Source: a virus. Taken from it: a stretch of DNA of 64,000 nucleotides. Of the stretch, positions 28,700-37,432 are shown one piece after another. Each line of letters opens with the position of its first letter. The first letter of the stretch is position 1. The notes under the pieces are model-generated. The model was not told the origin of the DNA. It saw nothing but the letters and a program-made list of their open reading frames with translations, and ran no database searches. Location of the stretch: IMG/VR virus record IMGVR_UViG_3300030497_000015; one strand, written 5' to 3'. The translations under genes were made by a program, and so were the position numbers.

Positions 28700-29650
28700 G
28701 TATGCGAAAATTTTCGGGACTTGCCGCATTGATATCGGAGGTCCTGCTTTCGCTTTTGGCCTTCGCCCTGAGTTCAAAAATTAGTGTTACTAAATTTATA
28801 TAGCAGCCCGCTTTTTTTTTCGTGTCGGGGGTTGGGGGTTTTCCGTTCGGAATTTTTTTTCGTCTGATTTCTTTTGAATTTTTATTCAGTTTTTGCGTAT
28901 GGAGAACGTAACAGAATTGCATTTTGTTACTTTATTCGTTTCGTTCGAGTCCTTTGTTCTCAAGGGTTTCACGCATTCGTTTCGTTGTTGATTCGATGGA
29001 TAGTTTTATGCATTGCTTGAACCCGCATTCCTTCGTTGCTTGTTCGCATTGTTGAATGAATAGAATCTTGCATAAAAGAATGTTCGAATGCCCTTCGATT
29101 GACTACTGATTCGCTGCTCTCCCCCCGAGTTTTGAGGCCCTCCCTCAGCAGAAGGGATGAGTGGATGCGTATAACCATAGCCCGCCATATATAACCGTAT
29201 AGCCCTACGACATATACACGCACATACTCCTAATCATTTACTCTCGATATCTCTTCGATTACATACTCGCATACTAAACGGTATTCTCCTCTCGTTATAC
29301 CTTTCGAAAAGACCTTCTTTCGTAAAGCATTGTATACTAATATCCTGCGATATCCTGCCGACATATACGGCCATATTATGCCGCCATATACCGGCCTATC
29401 ATACCGTACTATAAAGACGTATATCCTTACTGCCGCATAGTCTCACGACCTATATAACCGTACTAATCTATATGCGTATATCTCCTAACGATTGCCAAAT
29501 ATGCGGAGGTGTACTGCGGTGATTATGCGGTATGCCCTTCTGTTTACATTTCCTCGATAATACTACGATATCTCTTCGTATTCTCTTCGATCATTTATCG
29601 CATTCTCTTCGATCATATAACGGGATTACCTCGGCTCCGCCTCGTTTTAT
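28700..29650. other. Probable packaging/terminus (pac/cos) region
   Basis: Non-coding; G/T runs (GGGGGTTGGGGG at 28827-28838); degenerate direct repeats; at the convergence point upstream of the late module. Confidence 0.35.
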
Positions 29651-29852
29651 TTCTATCGAATAATCACGATTAAAAAGATTGCAGTTCTTCAAACTGCTAA
29701 TATCAAACTAGATTATATCGTACATAATCATCGAATCTTTTATTTCGCCCCCGCCCGATATTCTCTCGTCATTTATCGAAAACTCCTCGCAGCAGCCATC
29801 ACCTCACGCAAAATTCGTGATATTAAAAAAGAGAGAGCCGAAGCTCTCCCGA

Positions 29853-30287
29853 TTAATATGCGTTTCTTGTTACTCTACTGTCGACTAAGCCTCTATCTAC
29901 TAGATAATGAAAAGCCGCTCGGTACCCATTTGCAAAACCTTCCTCAGACGATCGTCTACTTGCCGCCATGTATTCATGATATTTCTTATTGTACTCTTTT
30001 CGAGCTTCCACGATTGCAGCTTCTTTCTTTTCTGCTTCGATCTCTTCTTTCGTTTTTTCTGGAACATAGCCTACGACTAGAGCTTTCGTGTAATTATTGA
30101 AGTTCTCTTCACTTGTTGTAATAAAGCGATGAATCGCTCCTGTATTCGGAAGGAAGCTATGTTCTTCGATCTTCTCTAAGCTGTAAAGTCGATTGCTGTT
30201 ATTTCTTCTTAAATATTCGATTGCCTCGATTACGTTTTGTGGAAGTACTACCTTTTCGATGTTTTTAAGATTAATAGTGTTTGTCAT
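29853..30287 (-). CDS. Hypothetical protein (paralog of 32525..32941)
   Basis: VVLPQNVIEAIEY...ALVVGY...EGFANGY. Confidence 0.7.
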   Translation of the reverse strand: MTNTINLKNIEKVVLPQNVIEAIEYLRRNNSNRLYSLEKIEEHSFLPNTGAIHRFITTSEENFNNYTKALVVGYVPEKTKEEIEAEKKEAAIVEARKEYNKKYHEYMAASRRSSEEGFANGYRAAFHYLVDRGLVDSRVTRNAY

Positions 30288-30337
30288 TTCGCATTCTCCT
30301 CGTTAAATGTTTTTTGTGTTAGTGCCTTACATATTAG

Positions 30338-30365
30338 TTAGCGAGCGAGGGACGATCATCGGGAC
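30338..30365 (-). promoter_or_regulatory. Phage-sigma promoter
   Basis: GTCCC-17-CGCTAA. Confidence 0.65.
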
Positions 30366-30441
30366 ATATTAATTCATATTTCTTTACGAAAATAAAAAAA
30401 GAAGAGACTTTTCGTCTCTCCTCGTTTTATAACGTTACTTC

Positions 30442-30786
30442 TTAGGAAGCCTCGGGCTCTTGTGTTGGCTCTGTTACTTCCTCAGTAGTTGTCGGCTCTT
30501 CTGTTACTGTCGGAGCCTCTTCGGTTGGTGTTTCGGGAACTGTCGGCTCTTGAGCTGCTGCTTCTTCGGCTTCTTGTTCCTCGATAGTCGGAATCTCGAC
30601 GATCTCTTCTTCTGGCTCTTCGATGATCTCTTCGACTACGGGCTCATACCCTTGTACATCGGTCTTTTTAATAGTGACGATCTGTCCTCGAGTATTAAAG
30701 ATTAAGAAATAATCGAATCCATCACGAAAGACACGATAAGTCCCTCCCGCATATGGTCCGCTTATGACTGTTACTGTTTTCGGCAT
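30442..30786 (-). CDS. KOW/SH3-like domain plus acidic Glu/Pro/Thr tail
   Basis: VTVISGPYAGGTY; low-complexity tail. Confidence 0.65.
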   Translation of the reverse strand: MPKTVTVISGPYAGGTYRVFRDGFDYFLIFNTRGQIVTIKKTDVQGYEPVVEEIIEEPEEEIVEIPTIEEQEAEEAAAQEPTVPETPTEEAPTVTEEPTTTEEVTEPTQEPEAS

Positions 30787-30791
30787 TTACT

Positions 30792-30950
30792 TCACCCCCT
30801 TTCGACTATTCGATAATTCGCTTCTCTCGCTATCTTTTCGAGCTCATCGATCATCTTTCTCGCATGTTCGAAGTCTCCCGCTATGATAGCTCCGTTAAGT
30901 ATTTGCTTCTTTGTGTGGAACTCTTGAAAGAGTTTATCTCGCCTTACCAT
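30792..30950 (-). CDS. Hypothetical protein
   Basis: Start at MVRRDKLF; 52 aa. Confidence 0.55.
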   Translation of the reverse strand: MVRRDKLFQEFHTKKQILNGAIIAGDFEHARKMIDELEKIAREANYRIVERG

Positions 30951-31648
30951 CCGAAGCTTGCCTCCGTGTAGACTTGAATTTGCGTTCGGATGATATCTCT
31001 TAGGTTTGTTTGCGGCTGCATATGGTCCGTCTCTGTTACTCGAATAAGGAATCTCCATTCGTGCCCTGTCGATTTAACTCCACGATGCAGCGTGAACCAA
31101 TCGAACTCGACCGCAGTACATGACGGAGCTCGCATCGTACTATATGGAGAGTCTGGATTCGTTACGAGTTCCCTCGTTTGTTCGTTTACCATTGAATATA
31201 ACTTCGTAGAAGGCTCAGAAGGAACCTCGAGAGAGATTGCTCCTACTTCATTCACGAACTCGGTCAAGCAATGTTCTCCCGTAACTAATAAGTGAAAGCG
31301 AGAGTCGCTCATTTGCTCTTGAAGGAATATATCGGGCTGTCCTTTGATCTCGGGACCGATTTGATCGCCTGCTCTTCGTGGAACTCCGTCCGTGTGCCAA
31401 TTAGGAATTGCGGGAATCATATTCGGCATTAACATATGGACTTTCGTGTCGACGACGATGTATTTCTTATCGAACTTTAAATTAAGAGCTCCGATCGCTT
31501 CTCGTGTTAATGGACCGCCATATTTTAAAGCATCTTCGAGGCTCGCATTCCATAACGAAGGAGTGCTCTTGATTAAGTCTTGCGAAGGCTGCTCGATTGT
31601 CTTTCCGAATTGAATAGGGTTTCGATTGAATAAGAATTGTTTTGTCAT
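30944..31648 (-). CDS. 2OG-Fe(II) dioxygenase-like protein
   Basis: NWHTDG (HxD), distal LHRG and RFLIR. Confidence 0.65.
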   Translation of the reverse strand: MTKQFLFNRNPIQFGKTIEQPSQDLIKSTPSLWNASLEDALKYGGPLTREAIGALNLKFDKKYIVVDTKVHMLMPNMIPAIPNWHTDGVPRRAGDQIGPEIKGQPDIFLQEQMSDSRFHLLVTGEHCLTEFVNEVGAISLEVPSEPSTKLYSMVNEQTRELVTNPDSPYSTMRAPSCTAVEFDWFTLHRGVKSTGHEWRFLIRVTETDHMQPQTNLRDIIRTQIQVYTEASFGW

Positions 31649-31899
31649 TAGTTTTCATCTCCTTTTGAATATTGTTCTATTAGCTCTATATAATTTTCAG
31701 AAACGATGGTAGATTCGTTAATTCTCTCGTTAAATATTACGAATAACCTACCCATAGGATTAGGAGCTGCTTCGTGAAGTACTAAAACCTCGTCTCCTAC
31801 TTTAAAAGTGTTTTCTTGAGCATCTTCTTCATAATACGGATAATCGTCCCCATGCCATTGAACTACTGAAAAAGGGGTTTTTATTATTGCTTTTATCAT
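31648..31899 (-). CDS. Hypothetical protein
   Basis: Start MIKAIIK; coupled ORF. Confidence 0.6.
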   Translation of the reverse strand: MIKAIIKTPFSVVQWHGDDYPYYEEDAQENTFKVGDEVLVLHEAAPNPMGRLFVIFNERINESTIVSENYIELIEQYSKGDEN

Positions 31900-32246
31900 T
31901 AGTCCTCGTCTCCTCTTAAATATTTTTCTATCCTTTGATATACTTTCGATTCGTAGCAATGGACATCATCGAGAAGGTCGTTCGCATCCGATAGCAAGTC
32001 CTCCGCCTGAGATAGTCTCGATTGTAGTCGCTCGATCTCCGAGATTAACAAGGGAATATCCTCTCGAGCATGTGCGATGAATGCTGCGTCATTGCCTTTT
32101 GTATATATCTTCGCAATATAAACATGACGATTAGTGACTAAAGTGTGCTTATCATCTGCCTTATAGTCGTCTGTCCACGGGCCTTTGGTCGCCTGTTTTT
32201 CTCTGCTTTTTATACTTTCGAGTTGCTCCGTTGATAGTCCGCTCAT
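31899..32246 (-). CDS. Ead/Ea22-like protein
   Basis: ATKGPW...DAAFIAHAREDIPLLISEIERL. Confidence 0.7.
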   Translation of the reverse strand: MSGLSTEQLESIKSREKQATKGPWTDDYKADDKHTLVTNRHVYIAKIYTKGNDAAFIAHAREDIPLLISEIERLQSRLSQAEDLLSDANDLLDDVHCYESKVYQRIEKYLRGDED

Positions 32247-32401
32247 TATTCGACTTCCTCCGTCCATTCTTTTTTAACGATGCCGATTCCGTATTTCCCT
32301 TTTATTTCGATTACGTTTACTCCTTCTTTGTGGACTTCGTATGTACCGCCTTTAAACGGTCCGTATATTACACGAACTTTCTTCGTCATTGCTTTTAACA
32401 T
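32246..32401 (-). CDS. Small KOW-like protein (51 aa, not in ORF track)
   Basis: MLKAMTKKVRVIYGPFKGGTYEV..., similar to the N-terminus of 30442..30786; GGAGG RBS. Confidence 0.6.
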   Translation of the reverse strand: MLKAMTKKVRVIYGPFKGGTYEVHKEGVNVIEIKGKYGIGIVKKEWTEEVE

Positions 32402-32524
32402 GTCATTTCCTCCAATTTCGAAAGAGAGCTCATCGGCTCTCCTCGATTGTTCTTTTTATTAAAAAGATTACTGTCGATAAACAGAATGCTAGGATTACGA
32501 AAACGAAAGCATTCATTCGACTAA

Positions 32525-32941
32525 TTAAAGCTCTAAGCCTAAGCCTAATTGAGCATTTACGTACTTAATTCCTTCCGAGTAGCCTGCTGCGAAGCCTTCT
32601 GCATGAGAGCTAGGACGTGCGTCGATATATACCTGTCTCTTTTCCTTGTACGTTGCTTCGACTCTCTCTTTCGGAGTGATCTCGTATTTATAACCTACTA
32701 ATAGAGCCTCGAAGTATCTACGCTTATTCTCGAATGAGCTGTTAATGAATGCGACGATTTCTCGTGCATTTGTGTTCTCGGGAACTCTTGACCTTTGAAC
32801 CATTTGCTGAATATCGAATAAAAGCTCTTCACCTACTCCGCTTTTATAGAAGTCGAGTGCATCTACTACCTTCCTCGGAAGAATTACTCGCTTATCCTGT
32901 GGACCTGTTACTGCTGCGTTGTTTGCTAAAATTGGATTCAT
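32525..32941 (-). CDS. Hypothetical protein (paralog of 29853..30287)
   Basis: VILPRKVVDALDF...ALLVGY...EGFAAGY. Confidence 0.7.
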   Translation of the reverse strand: MNPILANNAAVTGPQDKRVILPRKVVDALDFYKSGVGEELLFDIQQMVQRSRVPENTNAREIVAFINSSFENKRRYFEALLVGYKYEITPKERVEATYKEKRQVYIDARPSSHAEGFAAGYSEGIKYVNAQLGLGLEL

Positions 32942-32994
32942 AATGTTTATCTCTCCTCGAATTGTTTTTTGAGCTCTTAGCTCCTTCTCCTTAG

Positions 32995-33022
32995 TTAGCG
33001 AGCCTCCCAGATAAAACGGGAC
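32995..33022 (-). promoter_or_regulatory. Phage-sigma promoter
   Basis: GTCCC-17-CGCTAA. Confidence 0.65.
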
Positions 33023-33142
33023 ATAAAAAAGTTCTAGCCGAATACAATTTCAACTAGAACGAGAGCATGTTTTTTTGTATATATAATAGGAAGATTCTCG
33101 ACTTTTTCGCATAAAAAAAGAAGGGACCGAAGTCCCCTCGCA

Positions 33143-33535
33143 TTAGAATCGTAAAGCTATTTCGATTAGTTTTTGTCTGAATTTGAAGTGTCGTTCTGCT
33201 TCCGTGAACGTCTCTTGCATAGTTTCGATTGGAACTCCGATATATTTCGCTGCGATCTCCGTCTCATTCTCTTCGAGTTTGCTGCGGAAAGACTCGATAA
33301 GTTCCTCCTCCGCTGCCTTACATCGCATTTCGAGAGCAAAGATTCCCATATCCGAGCGGACGGCCTCTTGATCTTCGAAGATTCTTTCGATAAGTGCTTC
33401 GTCCTCGATTGTCGCTTGAGCTCCGAACTGCTTTTCGTACTGCTCTTCGATCTCTGCTGCTGCCGCAAAATACTCGGATAGCTTTCCGTCAAGTTCTGCC
33501 TTTGCTGTTATGTAGTTGTTTTTAGTTCTCGTCAT
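33143..33535 (-). CDS. Hypothetical helical protein under its own sigmaA promoter
   Basis: TTGACG-17-TATATT at 33590-33618. Confidence 0.7.
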   Translation of the reverse strand: MTRTKNNYITAKAELDGKLSEYFAAAAEIEEQYEKQFGAQATIEDEALIERIFEDQEAVRSDMGIFALEMRCKAAEEELIESFRSKLEENETEIAAKYIGVPIETMQETFTEAERHFKFRQKLIEIALRF

Positions 33536-33652
33536 TTCATCGTCTCCCTCGAGTTGTCGTTTTATCGGTTTGTCGTACCCGATGAAACAAATATATCATG
33601 ATACGGAATGTACGTCAACTAAAAAGACATAAAAAAAGAAGCCCGTAGGCTC

Positions 33653-33997
33653 CTAGTTTTTCGGCTTTAATTTAACTCCGTTCATATGTGCGATGAGTAC
33701 TTTTTGTCCATCCTTTAGCGATACCGTGACGGACTTAGTTGTCGCATCTTTCGATTCTCCTAATAACTCGTTAATAAATGGAACATCATCTGTCCAAACG
33801 GAGAAGTTTCCCGTTTTATCATCGATAGACTCGACTTTATATCGACCTGCATCGAGGTCCTCTCCGACTACGTACTCTCCCGCATTTAGTTCGATAGATT
33901 TATTATAAAAGACGACATAGTATGTCATTCCCGCAGCGTAAGCGATGAGGAGTGCTAGTAAGGTAGTTATTACTTTTTTATTTTTAAGTATTTGCAC
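33653..33997 (-). CDS. Membrane-anchored protein
   Basis: N-terminal TM helix; GEYVVGEDLDAGRY. Confidence 0.7.
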   Translation of the reverse strand: MQILKNKKVITTLLALLIAYAAGMTYYVVFYNKSIELNAGEYVVGEDLDAGRYKVESIDDKTGNFSVWTDDVPFINELLGESKDATTKSVTVSLKDGQKVLIAHMNGVKLKPKN

Positions 33998-34077
33998 GTT
34001 GATTCCTCCTATTAAGTAGATAAATTATACCATTTCGAAAGTCTTTAATCTACTAGATTAACGAAAAAAAGACGAGC

Positions 34078-34341
34078 TCATCGCCCGTCCTCTTTACATC
34101 TTTCGTGATATGCCTTGCCTGTCCCTGTCTCGATCATTTTGCCTTTCGTATAAGGACGATGCGTCTCTCCGCAGATATAACATACTCCCTTTGCGGATTG
34201 TTTAAGATATCGCTCGTAATCTTCTTTACTGATGATAATAGCGATCTCCTTCGGATTATCTGTCGGTCGGACTTCGAACATCTCCGATCTCTTGTGTAAT
34301 CTAAAATACTTCGTGATTTCTTGTGCTACTGCTTTAATCAT
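34078..34341 (-). CDS. Hypothetical protein with C-terminal Cys/His cluster
   Basis: CYICG...YHERC. Confidence 0.6.
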   Translation of the reverse strand: MIKAVAQEITKYFRLHKRSEMFEVRPTDNPKEIAIIISKEDYERYLKQSAKGVCYICGETHRPYTKGKMIETGTGKAYHERCKEDGR

Positions 34342-34708
34342 TTTGTTTCCCTGCCTTGTGTTTATTAGGTATAGCATGTTTTTTCCCGTCGCTGCCGATT
34401 ACTTCGAAGATGTCTCCTCCGACTTCCTTCTCCTGTCTCCGTTTGACTTGAGCATGAGTGAGAATCGGCTCCTCTTCTGCTGCTGATTTGTTGGGACGTG
34501 AATCCCCTTGTAAGTCCTCATATAAAATCGCATTCGTTAATCGTGCGAGCTGCGGAGCATCTGGAACCTTTCCTGTGTCCGTGACATACTCTTCGATGAG
34601 TTCGTCGATTAAGCGAATCCTTTCCGATCGTTCTCGGATATTGTTATACGAAAGCTTTTCGACTTCTTTTGCGAAAGCCGCTTTATAATCTCCGCCTGTG
34701 AATCGCAT
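34334..34708 (-). CDS. Hypothetical phage protein
   Basis: 124 aa; preceded by a GTCCC/CGCTAA promoter. Confidence 0.7.
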   Translation of the reverse strand: MRFTGGDYKAAFAKEVEKLSYNNIRERSERIRLIDELIEEYVTDTGKVPDAPQLARLTNAILYEDLQGDSRPNKSAAEEEPILTHAQVKRRQEKEVGGDIFEVIGSDGKKHAIPNKHKAGKQND

Positions 34709-34741
34709 ATTTTTCTCCTCCTGTTGTCTTTCTCTTATTGT

Positions 34742-34769
34742 TTAGCGTTCAAGTGTCCCGAAACGGGAC
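34742..34769 (-). promoter_or_regulatory. Phage-sigma promoter
   Basis: GTCCC-17-CGCTAA. Confidence 0.65.
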
Positions 34770-35132
34770 TTAGTAATCGAGATAATTCCAGAACCTAAAG
34801 ACTTCTACTATCTTTCGAAGAGCTGCTTTCTTATTTCGAGAAAGTGTCGAACTGTCGATTCCTAGTTTTTTCGCTGCGGAACCGTTGTCCATATCTACGA
34901 TATAAAGTAAATGGATAGCTTGACGCTGTTTCTCGGTTAAGTCCGCCGATTCGATTGCGAGAAATAGGTCGTTCTTTATGTCTACGGCTGCGATATCGCC
35001 CTTTTCGTAGGCTCTAATCTTTAATTTATGGAAGTCTTTAAGAAGCCTCCCGACCCCTGCCGTTGTATAAAATGAATATTTTTGCTCATATTTGTCGTGC
35101 TCTGAGCCTATTACGTGATTTCCTACCCCCAT
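34770..35132 (-). CDS. Sigma-70 region-4 HTH regulator (possible late activator)
   Basis: LTEKQRQAIHLLY...AAKKLGIDSSTLSRNKKAALRKI. Confidence 0.75.
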   Translation of the reverse strand: MGVGNHVIGSEHDKYEQKYSFYTTAGVGRLLKDFHKLKIRAYEKGDIAAVDIKNDLFLAIESADLTEKQRQAIHLLYIVDMDNGSAAKKLGIDSSTLSRNKKAALRKIVEVFRFWNYLDY

Positions 35133-35263
35133 CGTGAGAGCCTCCTTTGTTATCTATTTCTATTTGTCGATTTGTCGACTCGAAAAAGTGATTGCATCCC
35201 TCTCGAGTGAGTGATATAGTCTTAGTAACGACATACACAAACCTTTCGAAGGAGCGATATATA

Positions 35264-35869
35264 ATGGCATTGAAAGTATTTTCAAACGAAGGAGCTCGAC
35301 CGAACGAGCGTCCATATATTACGGCCGATAAGCAAGGTCGCTTATACATAAACCGTCTAGCACAAAAGGAAATGAATGCTCTTGTACTTCCTTTCGAAGT
35401 GTTTCTCGCATATGACGAGGAGACTTTCGAGATTGGTATTACTCAAGATTCAAGCATCGTCCCCGCAGGAACTAAGACTTTCAGATTTAACGGAAAGCGA
35501 GCTTATGCTTCTGCGAAGAGTTTTCTTGCTGCGAATCATATACTCCCGAACATGACCGAAGATGCTCACCGATATTTTTATCGTGGACTCGAGAACGGTT
35601 GGCATATGTTCATTCGATCTATTGATGATGAATCAATCGAGGAGAACGATGTTCCCGACGGTCAAACATCTATCGAGGATTTTAGCGAGGAAGCTGCTTC
35701 TGTCGAGGCTCCTGCTGATACTATCGAAGGGGAGACCGATGCTAATACGAAAGGTATCCTTGATATTCTGAAAGAAGATAAAACGACATCCTTTCGCAAG
35801 CTCGAAGAGAAGTGGGGCTTCAAGAGAGCCGATTTCTCCAAAGTTGCGAAAAAGTATAACTTAAGATAA
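35264..35869 (+). CDS. Independently transcribed protein with AbrB-like N-terminus and possible C-terminal HTH
   Basis: TTGCAT-17-TATAGT promoter, GGAG RBS, own terminator; PYITADKQGRLYI. Confidence 0.65.
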   Translation: MALKVFSNEGARPNERPYITADKQGRLYINRLAQKEMNALVLPFEVFLAYDEETFEIGITQDSSIVPAGTKTFRFNGKRAYASAKSFLAANHILPNMTEDAHRYFYRGLENGWHMFIRSIDDESIEENDVPDGQTSIEDFSEEAASVEAPADTIEGETDANTKGILDILKEDKTTSFRKLEEKWGFKRADFSKVAKKYNLR

Positions 35870-35894
35870 TCAAGAGCCCCTTCGGGCTCTTTTT

Positions 35895-36089
35895 TTATTC
35901 CTCTCCTGCTGTTAGTTCCTCCGTCTCTGTCGCAGATATTAAACATTCGACCGAGCAAAGCTTGTCCGCTTCGAATTTATAATACGTCTGCCCTTCGTAG
36001 ATTTTGGCGGAGCATTGATCGCAGCAAAAACGAGGCCGCTCCTGCTGTTGGTCGGGAAGTCCATACGCAAAACGGTCGAGGCTTATCAT
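35895..36089 (-). CDS. Small Zn-finger protein
   Basis: CCDQC...LCSVEC. Confidence 0.65.
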   Translation of the reverse strand: MISLDRFAYGLPDQQQERPRFCCDQCSAKIYEGQTYYKFEADKLCSVECLISATETEELTAGEE

Positions 36090-36703
36090 TTCGACTCCTC
36101 CTCTAATGCTCTTTCTTTCCTAATGTGAGCAAAGCCCCTTTCGATGCGTAGAATTTCATCTAACTGCTTGAACATATGCTCGAGGTCCTTCGAGTTGTCG
36201 ACGATGTAGTCGGCGGGGAATTTACTTATATGCTTTTCCGTCTCGTGATTCAAGAACTCGGGTTTTACCTCTTCGCCTGCTGCCTTCATTCTCTCGATGC
36301 GAATATGCTCGGGAGTTTCTATCTTAATCATGACGAATCCGTTCCCTTTGAGATGAGCGAACTCGTTCGGCTGCCTCATATCAGTAACAAATACCGAAGC
36401 TCCTTCGTTCTTGAAGGGCTGCATCGCTGCGTCGAGTTTATCTATCCAGACTGTCGGCTTATGGAATCTCGCTGTCTGTCCGAACCATTGATAACCGTTC
36501 CGCTCCTTTACTGCTTCCGATTGACCGAATATCTCGTGATAGTAACGTTTTAATGCGTCTCCATATGCGAGCTTTACTCGGGGATATCCGATTTTCTTCA
36601 TCATGTAAGCTGCTGCCGTGTCTTTTCCTCCTCGCATTTCTGAGAAGATTGAGAAAAGATGCTGCTCGCCTAAGTAGAGTTTTCCTCGATTAGTTCCTAT
36701 CAT
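36086..36703 (-). CDS. Deoxynucleoside monophosphate kinase
   Basis: RGGKDTAA P-loop variant, YQWFGQ, VTDMRQPNE, HETE. Confidence 0.85.
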   Translation of the reverse strand: MIGTNRGKLYLGEQHLFSIFSEMRGGKDTAAAYMMKKIGYPRVKLAYGDALKRYYHEIFGQSEAVKERNGYQWFGQTARFHKPTVWIDKLDAAMQPFKNEGASVFVTDMRQPNEFAHLKGNGFVMIKIETPEHIRIERMKAAGEEVKPEFLNHETEKHISKFPADYIVDNSKDLEHMFKQLDEILRIERGFAHIRKERALEEESK

Positions 36704-36981
36704 CGAATCATACCTCCCGATTTTAGTCCGTGTTTATATCCCTCGAGATACGAGTCTAATTCGATCATTTTCTCGATTTCCGCTCGTTCCTTATTGCCCC
36801 ATCGGATAAATAGAATCATTAAGACTGCACATAACGCAGCAAGAACGAGACTACCTTTCTTAAAAGCAAGCATCGTATTACACATGTCTACTCCTGCCGT
36901 GAAGTAAAATGCCGCCATTGAAAAGCGTCTTGCTTTTAGTGTTGTAAGGTCGATATTTAACTTAAATTTGAATTTTTTCAT
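36700..36981 (-). CDS. Small membrane protein
   Basis: Two hydrophobic segments. Confidence 0.6.
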   Translation of the reverse strand: MKKFKFKLNIDLTTLKARRFSMAAFYFTAGVDMCNTMLAFKKGSLVLAALCAVLMILFIRWGNKERAEIEKMIELDSYLEGYKHGLKSGGMIR

Positions 36982-37025
36982 TTCTCTTTTCCTCCTTGTC
37001 GTGGGCTCTTGCCCTTCTGTATTTA

Positions 37026-37053
37026 TTAGCGTCCTACTGCCGCATATCGGGAC
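37026..37053 (-). promoter_or_regulatory. Phage-sigma promoter
   Basis: GTCCC-17-CGCTAA. Confidence 0.65.
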
Positions 37054-37071
37054 ATAAAAAAAGAGAGAAGC

Positions 37072-37428
37072 TCATCGCTTCCCTCCGAAGTAGGGGACGG
37101 CAAGTCCCTCGTTTATTAGAATTGTTCCTAGATTTCGTCCGTCCTCGAGTATGACATGCCCGAGAATGCGTCCGTACTTCTCTCGAGAGTCCGCCGATAT
37201 CTTGACCGCCTTTCCCTCGATGAGCTCTTTTACTCGAGCTTTCGCCCGATCGCCCGCCTCTTTCGTGTCTCCTTCATCCTCGGGAGTATTGCATCCCCAA
37301 AAACGAACGGAGTCTTTCGCAGTTTGTTCGAGGAATGGATGAACCTTGAACTCTATTTCGATAGTGTCTCCGTCGATTACTCGAGAGCATGTCGCATCCC
37401 ACTCGAAAGAGTCTTTTAGTTTGTGCAT
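37072..37428 (-). CDS. Thermonuclease (SNase) family nuclease
   Basis: RVIDGDT, VRFWGCNTPE, KYGRILG. Confidence 0.9.
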   Translation of the reverse strand: MHKLKDSFEWDATCSRVIDGDTIEIEFKVHPFLEQTAKDSVRFWGCNTPEDEGDTKEAGDRAKARVKELIEGKAVKISADSREKYGRILGHVILEDGRNLGTILINEGLAVPYFGGKR

Positions 37429-37432
37429 GGTG

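Noticed and set aside
28662-29223. Minus-strand ORFs of 86, 84 and 60 aa
   Set aside because: They lie in the low-complexity putative packaging region and have no RBS or recognisable features
29160-29640. CRISPR array or mini-array
   Set aside because: Repeats are degenerate, irregularly spaced and lack constant-length spacers. The 44338 nuclease is a generic PD-(D/E)XK enzyme and no cas operon is present.
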